Source of the DNA: Octopus sinensis
Lineage: Eukaryota
Assembly: GCF_006345805.1 (NCBI RefSeq)
Contig: NC_043002.1
Span: forward strand, 41,292,001-41,356,000
DNA length: 64,000 bases
Direction of reading: 5' to 3'
Shown: piece by piece, positions 50,542 through 64,000 of the stretch
How the letters are laid out: each line of letters starts with the position of its first letter
Numbering within the stretch: the stretch's first letter is position 1
Made by a program: the position numbers and the translations under genes
The notes under the pieces: generated by a model
The model's input: the letters and a program-made list of their open reading frames with translations, nothing else
The model's database searches: none
Told to the model about the DNA's origin: nothing

Positions 50542-51647
50542 TCAGGTCATCCCATAAGTTCTGTCCGAATTTTGAGTAAAGAAAACAAGTCATTAAATGT
50601 TATATTTAATTGAAATTTAACCATCAATGTACTTTCCCCGATTATCTATGACTTCCATCTATTTACAAGCTTTTTAATCCCATCAATGTAAAAAGCTTCG
50701 ATCTTCTGTGATGTGATCTTTGCAGTGTGGGGTCACGCATTGTCCTGGTGAAACATCACACCTTTTCGATTCACTAAAGCGGGTCTTTTTTTTCTTTAAA
50801 GCTTGGTTCAAACGCTCTATTTGCTGACAGTAGACTTGAGCATTGATTGTTGCATTAGGTGGTAACAATTCAAAGTGAATTACTCCTTTGCAATCTCACC
50901 AGATAGAGAGAAGAAGCTTTTTTCCATGAAGTTCCCTTCTCGGTTGTGGTTGAGCTTTTTCCCTTTTACCAAGCCACTGTTTACGACGTTTAACATTTCG
51001 ATACAAGATCCATTTTTCGTCACCAGTCACAAATCTAGCCAAAAAGGGTGAAATGAGTTCGCGAGAATGGAGAGAAGAGCAGATGTCAACTCGGGATTTG
51101 CGGTTGCTTTCGAACAATTCATGAGGCACTCATTTTCCAAGTTTAGGAACCTTTTCAAGTTGTTGAAGATAACGATGAACAGTTGTATGGTTCGAACTAA
51201 GTTTTATTGCCAATTCTTCAACTGATAATGCAGGATTTTCTTCAAGTCATACCTCAAGGAACTTATCATCAAACTCAACTGGATGTCCGGTTTGATCTTC
51301 ATCTTCGAGACTGAAATCTCCACTTCTGAATTTTGCAAACCATCTTCTGCAAGTTCTTTCATTCAAGCATTCTTTCACATAAACTGGGTGGATGTTTCGA
51401 GTCGCTTCGGCTGCAGAGTTTCCTTTTTCGTACTCATGTGCCTTAAATGCTCTTTGGATACTTCCATGTTAGAAAGGGTTTTAATCAAAGAAATTTTAAT
51501 TCTATTATTCTGTAAAATATTTAATTAGTTTAAATGTACACAAATGCATAAAAATAATTTTTAATTCCATTAGACATTCTAAAATACTATTAAATTTCAT
51601 TCAATTTTTAAAAGGTAAATTCGGACAGAACTTATGGGATGACCTGA
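50542..51647 (-). mobile_element. Mariner element, internally deleted (1106 bp)
   Basis: Perfect 31-bp TIR tcaggtcatcccataagttctgtccgaattt, TA on both sides; WMPHEL, VTGDEKWILY, FHQDNA motifs; frameshifts; 3' part of the ORF deleted. Confidence 0.95.
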
Positions 51648-52032
51648 TATTTAATGTTATAAAATTACTTTCCCTTCGAAAGAATGTAAAGAAACACATG
51701 TGTGTGCAAAAATACACACATGTTCATATACTAATACACACACACATACGTATAGTTATTTAGAAAAAAACTACATAAAACTTACAAAGTTGAGACATTG
51801 AGTTCAAGAAAAAGAACTGTTTCTCCATATCTGGAGTCCGGCCAACGCTGGGTGCCTCGGGAAGTATGCGTGTTTGTATGCATACGTATGTTTGTGTGTG
51901 TATGTATGTATGCATGTATGTGTGTATTGTAATATATATATATATATGTATATATATAATATATATATATATATAATATATATATATATATTATATATAT
52001 AATATATATATATATATAATATATATTATATA

Positions 52033-52076
<44 letters not shown>

Positions 52077-52079
52077 ATA

Positions 52080-52136
<57 letters not shown>

Positions 52137-52757
52137 ATATATATTATATAATATTATATATATACACACACACACACAAATAAATTATACTTCATCTAAG
52201 TTTTCTCTCTCCATACTCCTTTCATTCTTTATCTTCGTCACTATTTCATGTCACTTTTTTTCCCTCTTTTCCCTCACTCTTCGTTCACCTATCCATACCG
52301 AAACATAACTGAGCACTAGAAAATAGTCTTGCTCACCAAATCAACGCTTATAGTTTCCACTATTTCAACGAAAAGAAGGACCCACACTTATAAACGAGAC
52401 CTCCTGCCTAATTTGCAGTTCGACAAAGCCGATGACTTGCTATATTTGCATTTCAATAGCAAAATGTTACGCATTGAAATCTAATTTACTAGTTTAATAC
52501 CCATCGCTTTGTTGCCGGCAAGATGGTGAAATTTTGAATTAAATTTATTTACCCTATTAAAATACTTTTATATAAAATACATTAATTTTAAATACAAAGT
52601 GTCTTTGAAAGTTTCTAATTCAGGAAAATAGACGTTATGTTAGGTGCTTTAAAACTGGGTAGATTGTTGACACTAAGATTTTGTTCCTCAGCAACTAAAT
52701 AATCTTTTATTTTGTTTTAAAATATTTTACTTCAAGTTCTATAAATTCAGTATATAT

Positions 52758-54350
52758 AGGGCGCATGTATTTTTTCAGATGCTCTTTCTTCTAACATATT
52801 TTTTAACCTTAAAATTCTAACATATTTTTTAACCTTAAAATTCAGAATGACTCAGAGAATAAGAAGGCGCATTGTACTTGTCTTAAAAGCGCAGCATAAC
52901 GATACACAGATATCTCACCTCCTGAATGTTTCCCGATCCTTCCTTGTCAAAGTTCCAAAGAGCTAGAAGCTTCTGACGAAGATCTAATATCAGTAGCTCA
53001 ACGCAAAACGCGTGCACGGGGTCCTAATATAATCTGAACACATACATAAAAAGTCCAACAAATAATCGACAAAATCCTCGGTAAGTCAATCAGAGCCACC
53101 TCAAGGTTTCAGAAAGCATCATTAAAAGAGTTGTGCATGAGGACATCAGGCACAAGTCTTATGTGGTGCGGAAGGGGTAAGATGATATCGGATGTAACAA
53201 GAGAGAATCGTTCGATCTGCGCAAAACGCTTGCAAAACGAGTTGCCAAGAAACCCGAATGCTCTGGTTTTCTCCGATGAGAAAAACTTCGATCTCGACCA
53301 AAAAGTAAACCGAAGGAACGACGGATGGTTTTACAGAAATCTGAAAGAGATTCCAACGGTCATACACACTAAGTTCCTAGCAACTCTGATGATTCTAATG
53401 GTCGTCAACAACGAAGGAGATGTCATGCCACCTCTCTTTTTTCCCCATGGCTTAAGAGTCAATGCCACTGTCTATATAGAGACGTTGGAGAAAGTTCTGA
53501 GGTCCTGGAAAGACAGAGTACGCAATGGAAGAGCGTACACCTTCCAACAACACTGCGCTGCCACATCCTCCTCCTGCAGGACAACGCTCCGGTCCACAAC
53601 TCGCGTGTCGCCAGATCAGAAGCACAGGCGTTCGGCTATGAACTCATCCCCCATCACCCCTACTCTCCTGACCTTGCACCCTCTGATTTTCACCTCTTCC
53701 CACCCATGAAGTTGTTTTTGAAAGGAAAGCGTTTCCCAGATGATGCAGCCTTGATTTCTGAAGTCACATCGTGGTTGGAGGACCAAGCTGGGGTCTTCTA
53801 CAAAAACGGTCTCCAGAGCTGCATCAAACGATGGGAGAAATGCGTAACTCTGGGTGGTTCCTATGTAGAAAAAGACTAATAACTCTGTCAAGTTTCGTTG
53901 CTCTACTGCTATGGGAAGTGGGTCAGGGGCATTACTTATTGAACGCCCCTCGTAAGGTTAGTACAACTCAAGCAATGATTGGTGTCAATCTCCATGATCA
54001 TATTCACTCAGACACATGACCATGCTCACTAGGCCTCGATCCACTGGACTATAACGTATGGAGCGTAGTCAAGGGAGAAGTCAATCAACACCCCTATTAC
54101 ACCATACAATCTCCCAAGTCCGTCATAACCAACACTACGTCAAAAAATTTATAAAGATAATCCAATTCGGGAATGTCGACGTATCAATCCCATATTGAAG
54201 TAACATTTGATGTTAACGGTGGATGAATAGGTTTATTAAAAGGATTCTCAAGATTATTGTACCAATTTGTTTTCAAATACAGCTTGTCTTTGATGAGCTA
54301 AGCGTCGTTTTCTAAATTCATACAAATGACCTCAAAAAGTGACGGGCCCT
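52758..54350 (+). mobile_element. maT/DD37D-like Tc1-mariner element, decayed
   Basis: LVFSDEKNF.LDQKVNRRND, VVNNEGDVMPP, TFQQ, then after the insert DPLDYNVWSVV; termini weakly recognisable. Confidence 0.7.
53559..53952 (+). mobile_element. Mariner 3' fragment nested in the maT element
   Basis: LLQDNAPVH, HHPYSPDLAPSDFHLF, RWEKCV..GSYVEK*; right TIR ttattgaacgcccctcg|TA. Confidence 0.92.
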
Positions 54351-55384
54351 TTACATTGTACAATATTTACATTTACTTAGATTTCTCTTTAAACAACTTT
54401 TCTTGTCAAAATTTTGTTTCCATCACTACATTGTGTCTTTCCGACCATTATCACTTGCAGGTCGAGTAACTACATAAAAGCTCTCACATTAGTGAATATG
54501 TCTGCGTATGTTAGTAACATTTGTGACTGACGATGACTACGAAAGGGATGTACTAAAAATCATTTTTCCACAATATTTACGTAGCATTTCAGTTATCTTA
54601 ACCAAAATCTAGTCATAAACAAAGTGGCAAATGATAACTTTCAGTGAACTATTTTTATTCATTTACGACATTCATTTTTTTTTATTTCGCAATTCTTGTA
54701 TATGAACAAATAGTTAAGTAGAAAATACAATAGTTACCTTTTAAACAACAGAATCGATTGGTTTACTGATTGAACGTGTTTGTAAAATAGTTTTCTCGCC
54801 TCAAATATAAGAAACTTCAAGTGGTAGAAGGAAATGCATTCTATAAACTAAGATAGGTTTACAAAAGAATTAGCTAACAGGGGATTTTTGTAAATCTCGC
54901 TATTTTTATTACCTTTTCTTCTTCCAGTCTTTATCTTCCTCTTTTCATCACATTGTAGATTGTTCTATTTGAGAATGAAATATTCCTGGCCATTTCTTTT
55001 TGAATTTGTTCCCGTGTAAGGAGAAAATAATGTTTGATCAAAAATAAATACACACCATATTTCTCCATTTCATTGAAAAAATTAATAAATTCATTGTTTT
55101 ATTTTTCTCTGTTTCTCCAAATAAATTGCTCGAAAGTTATCATTATGTGAAGATAGTGACAGACGGACAGAGAAACACTGCTCATATTACAATATAGATT
55201 GTTTTATGTATATGTCAATACACACACAAATATATGTACATACGTAATATACATGTGCGCACGCCCAGCCACCCACATGCGTTTGGTTTAATAAACAAGA
55301 AAAAGAGTGCTTAACTCAATACAAGATTTAGTGTATATTTATTAGAACGATGCAATCCATCAGTCGACATCAAAAATGGTTTAT

Positions 55385-55631
55385 TCTTTTATTCTTTTAA
55401 TTGTTTCAGTCACTTGACTGCGGCCATGCTGGAGCTTCGTCTTTAGTCGAACAAATCGACCGCAGGACTTATTCTTTCTAAGCCTAGTTCTAATTTTATC
55501 GGTTCCTTTGGCCGAACCGCTAAGTTACAGGGACGTAAACACACCAGCATCGGTTGTCAAGCTAGATGGAGAGGGGGCAAATACAAACCCCACACACAAA
55601 TACACACACACAACACACAAATATATATATG

Positions 55632-55693
<62 letters not shown>

Positions 55694-56006
55694 AATAAGA
55701 AATGGAGGGGATCAATAGGTGGTTCATCAACTTTTAGACATTATATTATGTCAATTTATTTATTTACTAAAATGACAATTACCAGAATATACATACATTT
55801 ATAACATATTATGCTTTACATATAAAATATATAAAGATACCATATACACGCCGGGTTTCTTTCAATTTCCGTCTACCAAATCCACTCACGAGGCTTTGGT
55901 CAGCCCGAGACTATAGTAGAAGACAATTGCCCAAGGTGCCACGCAGTGGGACTGAACCCGAAACCATGTGGTTGGGGAGCAAGCCTCTTACCACACAGCC
56001 ACGCCT
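55385..56006 (-). mobile_element. SINE family B with expanded internal (CA)/(TA)/(GA) region
   Basis: 3' domain at 55385-55600, head and core at 55845-56006. Confidence 0.85.
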
Positions 56007-56693
56007 GTTCTCCACCCCTCCTAAATGATCGCATCGAGAAAGCAACTTCACATAGCAAGGAAGAACTTCACAAGCGTCTTCGTACAAATACATATATTTT
56101 CCAGCATATATTGAATACCGTGTAAACATACAGGCAGCGCCGACCCAAACTAAAAACTGTAAATATCAATCATTCAATACTCATTATAAAAAGGCTAATT
56201 GAATACATGAAATCCAAAATACAACTTGATAAATGACAAACGTTTAACAGTTGGACAAGGATCATTTCTCAGTACTTTTCAATCGTAGAATGTATATTAA
56301 CGCGTGACGAGGTTAAGCTGCTTGTCATGAATGCTGCTACAGAATACATTAATCGTGCCACAAAAGCAGAATAATGCCTGCCTTTTGCTGAGTGTCACAC
56401 AGGTCGTTACAGGCTGAGGTGTGTGCAAGTGTGTATTACACCATTTTCTTCTGATGATTGAGCTAATTTTTAAAGACGTTTTGTTTCATGTAAGCGTATA
56501 AAATAGTAACATTATACATTTGTGTGTGTGTGTGTGTGTGTGGGTGCATGTGTTTGTGTTCATGTGAATGTATGCATGCATGCATGCATGTATGTATGTA
56601 TGTATGTATGTATGTATGTATGTATGTATGTATGTATGTATGTATGTATGTGTGTGTGTGTGCATGTATAAGTGTAGCTACACACACAAATAC

Positions 56694-56743
<50 letters not shown>

Positions 56744-56744
56744 A

Positions 56745-56948
56745 TTCTTTTATTCTTTTCCTTGTTTCTATCATTTTGTACCATCTTTTCGTCGAAGAAA
56801 TCGACCCCTGGACTTATTCTTTGTAAGTCTGGTACTTATTCTATCGATCCCTTGTGCCGAACCGCTAGGTAACGAGCACGTAAACACACTAACGTCGGTT
56901 ATCAAGCAATGGTGGAGAGAGAAACACAGACACAAACCACAAAACATG

Positions 56949-57012
<64 letters not shown>

Positions 57013-57232
57013 TAGATAGATAGATAGATATTATATATATATATATATATAATATATATATATATATATGTATACACACATATATATATATACGATAGGC
57101 TTCTCTCAGTTTCCGTCAACCAAATCCACTCGCTAAGCTTTGGTCGGCCCGAGGCTATAGATGAAGACACTTGTCCAAGGTTCCACGCAATGGGACTGAA
57201 CAAGCAAGCTTCTTACCACACAGTCACGCCTG
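56745..57232 (-). mobile_element. SINE family B
   Basis: Same architecture with an internal (TA)/(GATA) tract. Confidence 0.88.
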
Positions 57233-57440
57233 CAACTATATGTACACATATATACACATACATATACACATAAATACATGCATACATGCATGCATACATA
57301 CATAAATACATACATACATACATACATACATACATACATACATACATACATACATACATACATACGTACGTACATACATACATACATACATACATACATA
57401 CATAATACATACATACATACATACATACATACATACATAC

Positions 57441-57758
57441 ATACCTGTAATTATTGGGGCACCAGGATATGTAACACACCGCCTAAATACTAATCTTGAG
57501 AAATTAGACTTCTCAAAACCAGAAAGCAGAAAGCTGATTCGAAGACTACAGATTCATTCCATCACTAGAACTGTAAAAAATCTGTAAAACTTTCCAGAAG
57601 TTTATTATTTAAATATATAAGAGCATGTCTATATATGCAAGTATATGGATGAGAAGATATACATAAAACAAAACATACAAATCTGCACGTATACATACAT
57701 ACATACATACATACATACATACATACATACATACATACATACATACATACATACATAC
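57441..57758 (+). mobile_element. RLE LINE 3' fragment embedded in (ATAC)n
   Basis: Starts atac|ctgtaattattgggg and stops at the internal (ATAC)n of the 3' UTR. Confidence 0.87.
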
Positions 57759-59048
57759 CGAAAATGTTCACAGTGACTACGAAGTCTTGCCAGATGGAGC
57801 TCCCTAACACAAAAATGTTTGACTATATAATTAGAGTTTTGCACTCATGATTGTTAGATCGTGTTTTCACTTCCCGGACCGAGCGGTGCGTTGTGTTCTT
57901 CGTTTCACGTTGCTCCAGTTCATTCAGTTGTTAATGAACACCAGTAATAAATGTCCAGCAGACCGGCGTCCTTTCCAAAGTTGGGATGCTGTAAATCTCT
58001 GTCATTTCACACCATGTAAACCAGGTTAAGCTCCGACATTATGAGTCCTACAACTCATTGACAGACCTAGGTCTATACACTTTTGGTTCATCTTGTTGGT
58101 GAGGGTTTAGTGGTTGCAATATAGTTGCGGTTTAATAGTGTGTTTTCTCGCGTATAAGAAAGCTTCTTTATAGATGTCTGATCGGATGAGCAGAACTACA
58201 TTAACATGATTAATAAATATTGATATATTAAATTGTGTCTGAGATTTTCCAATAGATGTACATCATGATGGAATTTGGAAAGAAAGTGTAAAATGTGTAG
58301 GGAGAAGAGAAAAAGAAAAGGAAGCTTGTTGGATGTGTGAAGGAAAATGAATCTCGCATTTTATGCTTAGATTTATTATTGACAGTGGAAGAAAATTTAC
58401 GTATAAGTACAAAAGTATATATACACTCGTAAGCCAGTATAGGTATATCTATGTATAAAATAAAACAAAATGGGACAAGAATGCAAAACATCCAGACAGT
58501 TAGGCGATACAAGAAAGGACACCAAAACATCCAGATAGACGATACAAAGAAAACGAGGATAGGTCATTCGGAATTTTCTTTCCTCAGTCGAGTTCCAGAT
58601 TATCTTTGCAATTTCGGCTGGTTATACTCGACAACACACACACACACACATACATTTATATATCTAAACTATGTGTATATATATATGTGTGTGAGTGTGT
58701 ACACACGTGGACATGCAGGTAAATATATATATATGCATACATTTATATACCTACAAGTGTGTATGTGTATATATATATTACTTTATTCACCTACCTGTCT
58801 ACCTACCTACCTACCTAACTAACTAACTACCAATATATAGGTTCTGGGTTCAAATTTGTCCGAAGTCGACTTTGCCTTTCATCCATGCGGGGTCAATAAA
58901 ATACAGGGGGATCAATGTAATTGACTACCAAACTAGGTAGGTCGGTAGGCAGGCAGGTAGGTGAATAAAGTAATATATACACACATACACACTTGTAGGT
59001 ATATAAATTTATGCATACATATATATTTACCTGCATGTCCGCGTATAC

Positions 59049-59086
<38 letters not shown>

Positions 59087-59354
59087 GTATATATATATGT
59101 ATGCATATATATATATGTATATGTATGCATATATATATGTATGCATACGTATATATAATATGTGTGTGTGTGTGTTTCCCTCTTTTTCATGTTATCTGCC
59201 ACACAGGTGAGACGTGATGATAGAGAGGTCGTGACAACGCGTGTCAAGAATTGAACAATCTGCTGGCGGTACCCTATTGCAAGTCAAGGTAAGAACGACT
59301 TTATTTACGTGCCTTCAAACTACACTGCGCCAAAATTAGAAACTTTTATTTTAA

Positions 59355-59560
59355 GGCGGCGAGTTGGCCGAATCGTTAGCACGAACCATCAGCAGCATTT
59401 ACTCCGTCTTTACGTCCTGAGTTCAAATGCCGCCGTGATCGATTTTGCCTTTCTTCCTTTCGGGAACGATGAAATAAGTACCAATTGAGCACTGGAATCG
59501 ATGTAATTAACTAATACCCTGAAGCCAAAAGTTCAGGCCTTATGCCTATAATAGAAGGAG
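59355..59560 (+). mobile_element. SINE family A
   Basis: Head, B-box and core present. Confidence 0.85.
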
Positions 59561-59699
59561 ATTTTTTTAATTTTTTAATTTTTTTTTTTTTTGTAAAATG
59601 TGATGCTCCGAGAGTACGTCTTTCTTTTTAGGTGGAGATTGAAAATTTCATCAAAATTTTCTTCTAACTACCCGGGTATTGAATTGCTATAGTTATTTA

Positions 59700-60200
59700 T
59701 TTATTTAGACTAATCTCTTCATCGGTACTAAGTGTTATATCTAGAAGATGACCCAGCAGTTTTGATAACATAGAAACATCCGTGTAGCCAGTAGCAGAGC
59801 CAAGAAAGAACGAATGAAAAACAGAAAGAATTAAGTTCTAGACGTTACCATAACTAATGCGGACACAGCGCATCTTTCTCTATCTGTGACTCAAATGCAT
59901 AGAAGCTTCAAACCTTATAAATTATTACGATGAATTTGGATATGAAAGGAAGCTATCGTCTATTCTAGATCAGTGCTTTACATAGCATAACCAGCCAACT
60001 CAACTTAATCAAAAAGAAAGTTCTCAGGATCATTGCACTTGACGAAGTGGAAGCTATACAAAATCTTATAATCAGCAGCTTACATCATACTAAACATGAT
60101 GCGGTAAGAGCGAAAAGTATGCGAGGTACGTATAAATTACAGATCATTAAAACGCAGAATTATGCTTTCTGTACTAGTCTATTTGGAACAAAATCCTTGA
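59700..60200 (+). mobile_element. Possible CR1/Jockey-type LINE C-terminal relic
   Basis: LNLIKKKVLRII..SSLHH resembles the L..IQ.KALRII..SL.HRR motif; weak. Confidence 0.3.
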
Positions 60201-60461
60201 TGCTGTAACAGAAGTTATTGCAACCGAGAGAATTCAGTTTATCAAAAGATTAATACAAGTTCAACCTAGCGTTGTTATCCTTTCAAAAAAAAAAAATGTA
60301 AGTGCTACTCACACAACGTTCGTTAAAATAAAATATTCAGTGAACCCACAAATAAATGTTATGTTATATACACATATACATACACATGTGTATACACATA
60401 CACACATACATACATACATACATACATACATACATACATACATACATACATACAAATACCT

Positions 60462-60689
60462 ATTTACAACTCACAAGGGACTAAACACAGAGGGGACAAT
60501 CAAGGACAGACACAGGGATTAAGTCGATTACATCGACCCCAGCGCGCAACTGGTACTTAATTTATCGGCCCCAAAAGAATGAAAGGCAAAGTCGACCACG
60601 GCGGAATTTGAACTCAATACGTAACGGCAGACGAAATACGGCTACGCATTTCGCCCGGCGTGCCAACGTTTCTGCCAGCTCGCCGCCTT
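60462..60689 (-). mobile_element. SINE family A with 11-bp TSD
   Basis: TSD tacaaatacct at 60451-60461 and 60690-60700. Confidence 0.92.
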
Positions 60690-60690
60690 T

Positions 60691-61547
60691 ACAAATACCT
60701 GATGCGCAAAAGGGATGGAGATGCAGGAAAAACAGTAAAATATGACACCCGATGCAGACTTTGTGGAATTAGCACCGAAGATATCACCCACACCATAAGT
60801 AGCTGTCCGAAAATGTCATCACGGTAGTATCTACTGATGAGAGATGATGTTGTAGCTAGGACACTCTATAATGAAATCCGTCAGCAGGATAATCTTGAGG
60901 ACAAAGAAATAAGAACCCATATCCACTCATAATAAAAAGGAGTACTGGTGGTATGTCCTAGTGAAGACCTCAATAAAATGTAAGCATAACAGACAGGATA
61001 TAATGATTTGGGATAAAGAAAAGGAACTGTGTACAGTTTTGGAAATTAGCGCCCAGCGGATATTAACATAAAGCTGAAGGTCAGTGAAAAAGAGAATATC
61101 TATGCTGAACTATTGAGAAATCTGCAGTTACTTTATCCAGATTACAAGTTCAGGTCTATACCTGTAATTATTGAGGCACAGGGATATGTAACACAATGCC
61201 TAAATTCTTGAGAAATTAGACTTCTCAAAATCAGAAAGGAGAACGCTGATTCGAAGACTACAGATCTAATCCATCACTGGAACTGTAAAAATCTGTAAAA
61301 CTTTCCAGAAGTTTATCATTTAAATATATACCAGCATGTCTAGATATGCAACTATATGCATGATAATATACACAAAACAAAACATACAAATCTGAACATA
61401 TCCATGCGTGCATACATACATACATACATGCAAACAAAAATACCCTATAGTTGATGTTGAAATTCCAATGAAGGAGCTTTGGATCTAGGTTAGAAACCAG
61501 CTCTTTCTCTATTAGCAAGAAACCTTGGAGTAAAACTGAATAATGAC
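60691..61547 (+). mobile_element. RLE LINE 3' part (zinc finger, RLE, 3' UTR)
   Basis: Same family as 29074-30637; ends taatgac|atacat. Confidence 0.9.
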
Positions 61548-61554
61548 ATACATG

Positions 61555-61570
61555 TTATTATTATTATTAT

Positions 61571-61611
<41 letters not shown>

Positions 61612-61612
61612 A

Positions 61613-61668
<56 letters not shown>

Positions 61669-61735
61669 ACAGCAGCAGTAGCAGTAGTAGTAGTAGTAGT
61701 TGTAGTAGTATCATTATTATCATCAATAATATTAA
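61555..61735. repeat. (ATT)/(AGT)/(AGC) trinucleotide block
   Basis: Directly visible. Confidence 0.97.
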
Positions 61736-62589
61736 TACGCTAACTTTTTGTTTTTGTACGTACCTGTTGTGTGCATTACACTTCAAAGAAGTGGCAAAGC
61801 GAGAGAGAGGAGAACAGAGGAAGTAAGAGAGAGTGTGAGAAAGAAATGGAGAGTGAGTGAGAGAGAAAGAGAGAGAGTGAAAGAGATAGTGAGTGGTGAC
61901 GGCGTTCGTTTTGTATTTTTAAATGTTTATCACATCACAAGAGTAGATACACAGATACCTATACACATATACACATTGTTAAATCAAAAGCGGGAGAGAA
62001 TAGGGACACAAAGGAAGTGAAAGAGAAAGAAAGAAAGTGAGAGAGACAGTAGATACATAATTCCAAAGTAAAGTTCATACATAGATACATACACACAGCA
62101 AATATTGGATGTCAATTTCACTTTTCATTACCACACGAGGATAAAATTAACTGACAAATGGTTGAATACTCCAAAGACATGCATGACATTAACGTAGTTC
62201 TCAGGGAGATCCAGCCTCACACAGAATATGATAAGACTGGCCCCTTTGAATTACAGCTACAACTCGAGACATATATATATATATATATATATTATGAATG
62301 TATTTGTGTGTGTATAGTTTAGGTTACTTAAAACATATTTGCAATAATAAGTGTCGCGTGGTGGAAATAAACGCAATTACAAAACTTTCATTCTTAAATC
62401 CATTTATTATTTCGTTCTTTTGCATTTCAATTTGTACATTAAGGTTCATTGAATATGTACAAAGTATTTTAAGGCTGAATAGTAATTCCGTTTACGTTTG
62501 TGTAACTGAGATATTTTGGTTGGATTATTTAGTTATTGGTGTTACATTACTTTCTATATTCTGTAACTGTCACAATATACTTTTCTATG

Positions 62590-62760
62590 CCTGAATGTTT
62601 TGTGGGGAGGTGTCCACTTGATAAGATTGACCCCAGCACACAACTGATACTTAATTTATCGACCCCGAAAGGACAAAAGGCAAAGTCGATCACGGCAGAA
62701 TTTGAACTCAGAACACAAAGACAGACGGTCATAATATACAAACATTTCTCCTGGCACCGT
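62590..62760 (-). mobile_element. SINE family A fragment
   Basis: Reverse complement of core and B-box. Confidence 0.8.
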
Positions 62761-62817
62761 ACACTGTTTACAGATGCTTACATTTTTTATGCTTTCCATG
62801 AATTTTTCACGGGTCCA

Positions 62818-62867
<50 letters not shown>

Positions 62868-62969
62868 CCATTTTGTTCATCATGTACGTGTGTATTCATC
62901 ATTATTTTATTTCATTTTATTTTAGAATCGTATTTAACTTATTTTATGCGTGACTTTTGACCCTCCCTG

Positions 62970-62987
62970 TATATTTGTGTGTATGTG

Positions 62988-63046
<59 letters not shown>

Positions 63047-63132
63047 TGTGTATGTGTGTGTATGTATGTGTATATATGCTATCACACATATATATGTATA
63101 TGTATGTATTTATGTATGGATGGATGGATGGT

Positions 63133-63193
<61 letters not shown>

Positions 63194-63510
63194 CAGCAGC
63201 AGCAGCAGCAGCAGCAATACTACCCTTAGTCGCAGAATTGCGTTGTTGCAAATCGCAATAAGTATTCAGCGCGTCTGAAGGCAGAGTTTGTTATTTGCCT
63301 TTGTGTGCATGTGTAAGTTCACGCGAGCGTGTATGCATATGTATATGAGCATATTTGCATGTGCACATATGTGTGTGTGTGATGTGGTGTGTGTATGTAT
63401 GTGTGTGTGTGTCTACACATACACACACATCTATTTACATAAATACTCAGAAAATCACACGCACACACACACACACACACTACACACTACACACGCGCGC
63501 ACAAGCCATA
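62970..63510. repeat. Compound (TG)/(TATG)/(AGT)/(AGC)/(CA) microsatellites
   Basis: Directly visible. Confidence 0.95.
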
Positions 63511-63929
63511 TATATATTCCTTTGTTACTCTCTGTTTCTATATTTGTTGCTCCTTCGTTTTATTGTATTGCATTATAATGCTCTCTTTATTTCCTTCTTT
63601 TATGGAAATGAATGAAATTATTATTACCACTGCTGTTGTTGTTGTTAACTTGTGGAGTTTCGATGAGTAAGGATTTGTTAGCTGCTTGACAAGTCCATGG
63701 ATTATTTTCAATAGGACACGTCCAGTAACGAAATGTTGACTTAGGTGGTTTATGTGGTCGTATTTTTTTTCTTTGTCATTGTTCATAGCTACTAACATGT
63801 GAAATGCAGGTCTAATGCTTTATAAGTGTTATTACCATTGTTATTATTATTATCAATTCGTCATAAAAGGTAGGGAAGTGCTTTGCTGTCTGTAGGCTTT
63901 TTTTTGGACTAGCGAAATTTTATTTTTTC

Positions 63930-64000
63930 GTTTACTTGTTTTACTTTCAGTCATTTGACTGCGGCCATGCTGAAGCACCGCCTTTAGTCGAGCAAATCGA
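63930..64000 (-). mobile_element. SINE family B 3' domain, cut by the window edge
   Basis: ttcagtcatttgactgcggccatgctgaagcaccgcctttagtcgagcaaatcga. Confidence 0.85.

Overview
AT-rich, microsatellite-saturated animal genomic DNA, most likely from an octopus (inferred from the SINE families and compound microsatellites; not database-verified). No intact host protein-coding gene can be supported, so the window looks intronic or intergenic. Most ORFs in the track are microsatellite artefacts or decayed transposon fragments. Retroelements: a Ty3/gypsy element (one LTR, PBS, gag-PR-RT-RH-IN) nested in a Tx1/L1-clade LINE; several R4/Dong-type RLE LINE copies tied to (ATAC)n or (AAT)n microsatellites; a Penelope GIY-YIG relic; two abundant tRNA-derived SINE families, one forming self-nested arrays. 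DNA elements: hAT (Buster-type plus MITEs), mariners, a maT-like element, a Sola-like element and a Helitron. Most interesting: (1) a predicted type I hammerhead ribozyme (minus strand, 20790-20893), half-sequestered in a 138-bp inverted repeat and co-oriented with the Penelope relic; (2) an RLE LINE family whose junctions repeatedly fall in (ATAC)n; (3) a 4.7-kb (AAT)n 'landing pad' holding a higher-order tandem array of a ~530-550-bp non-coding element plus two Dong-like 3' ends. All alignments and folds were done by eye, so boundaries are approximate unless TIRs or TSDs are quoted.
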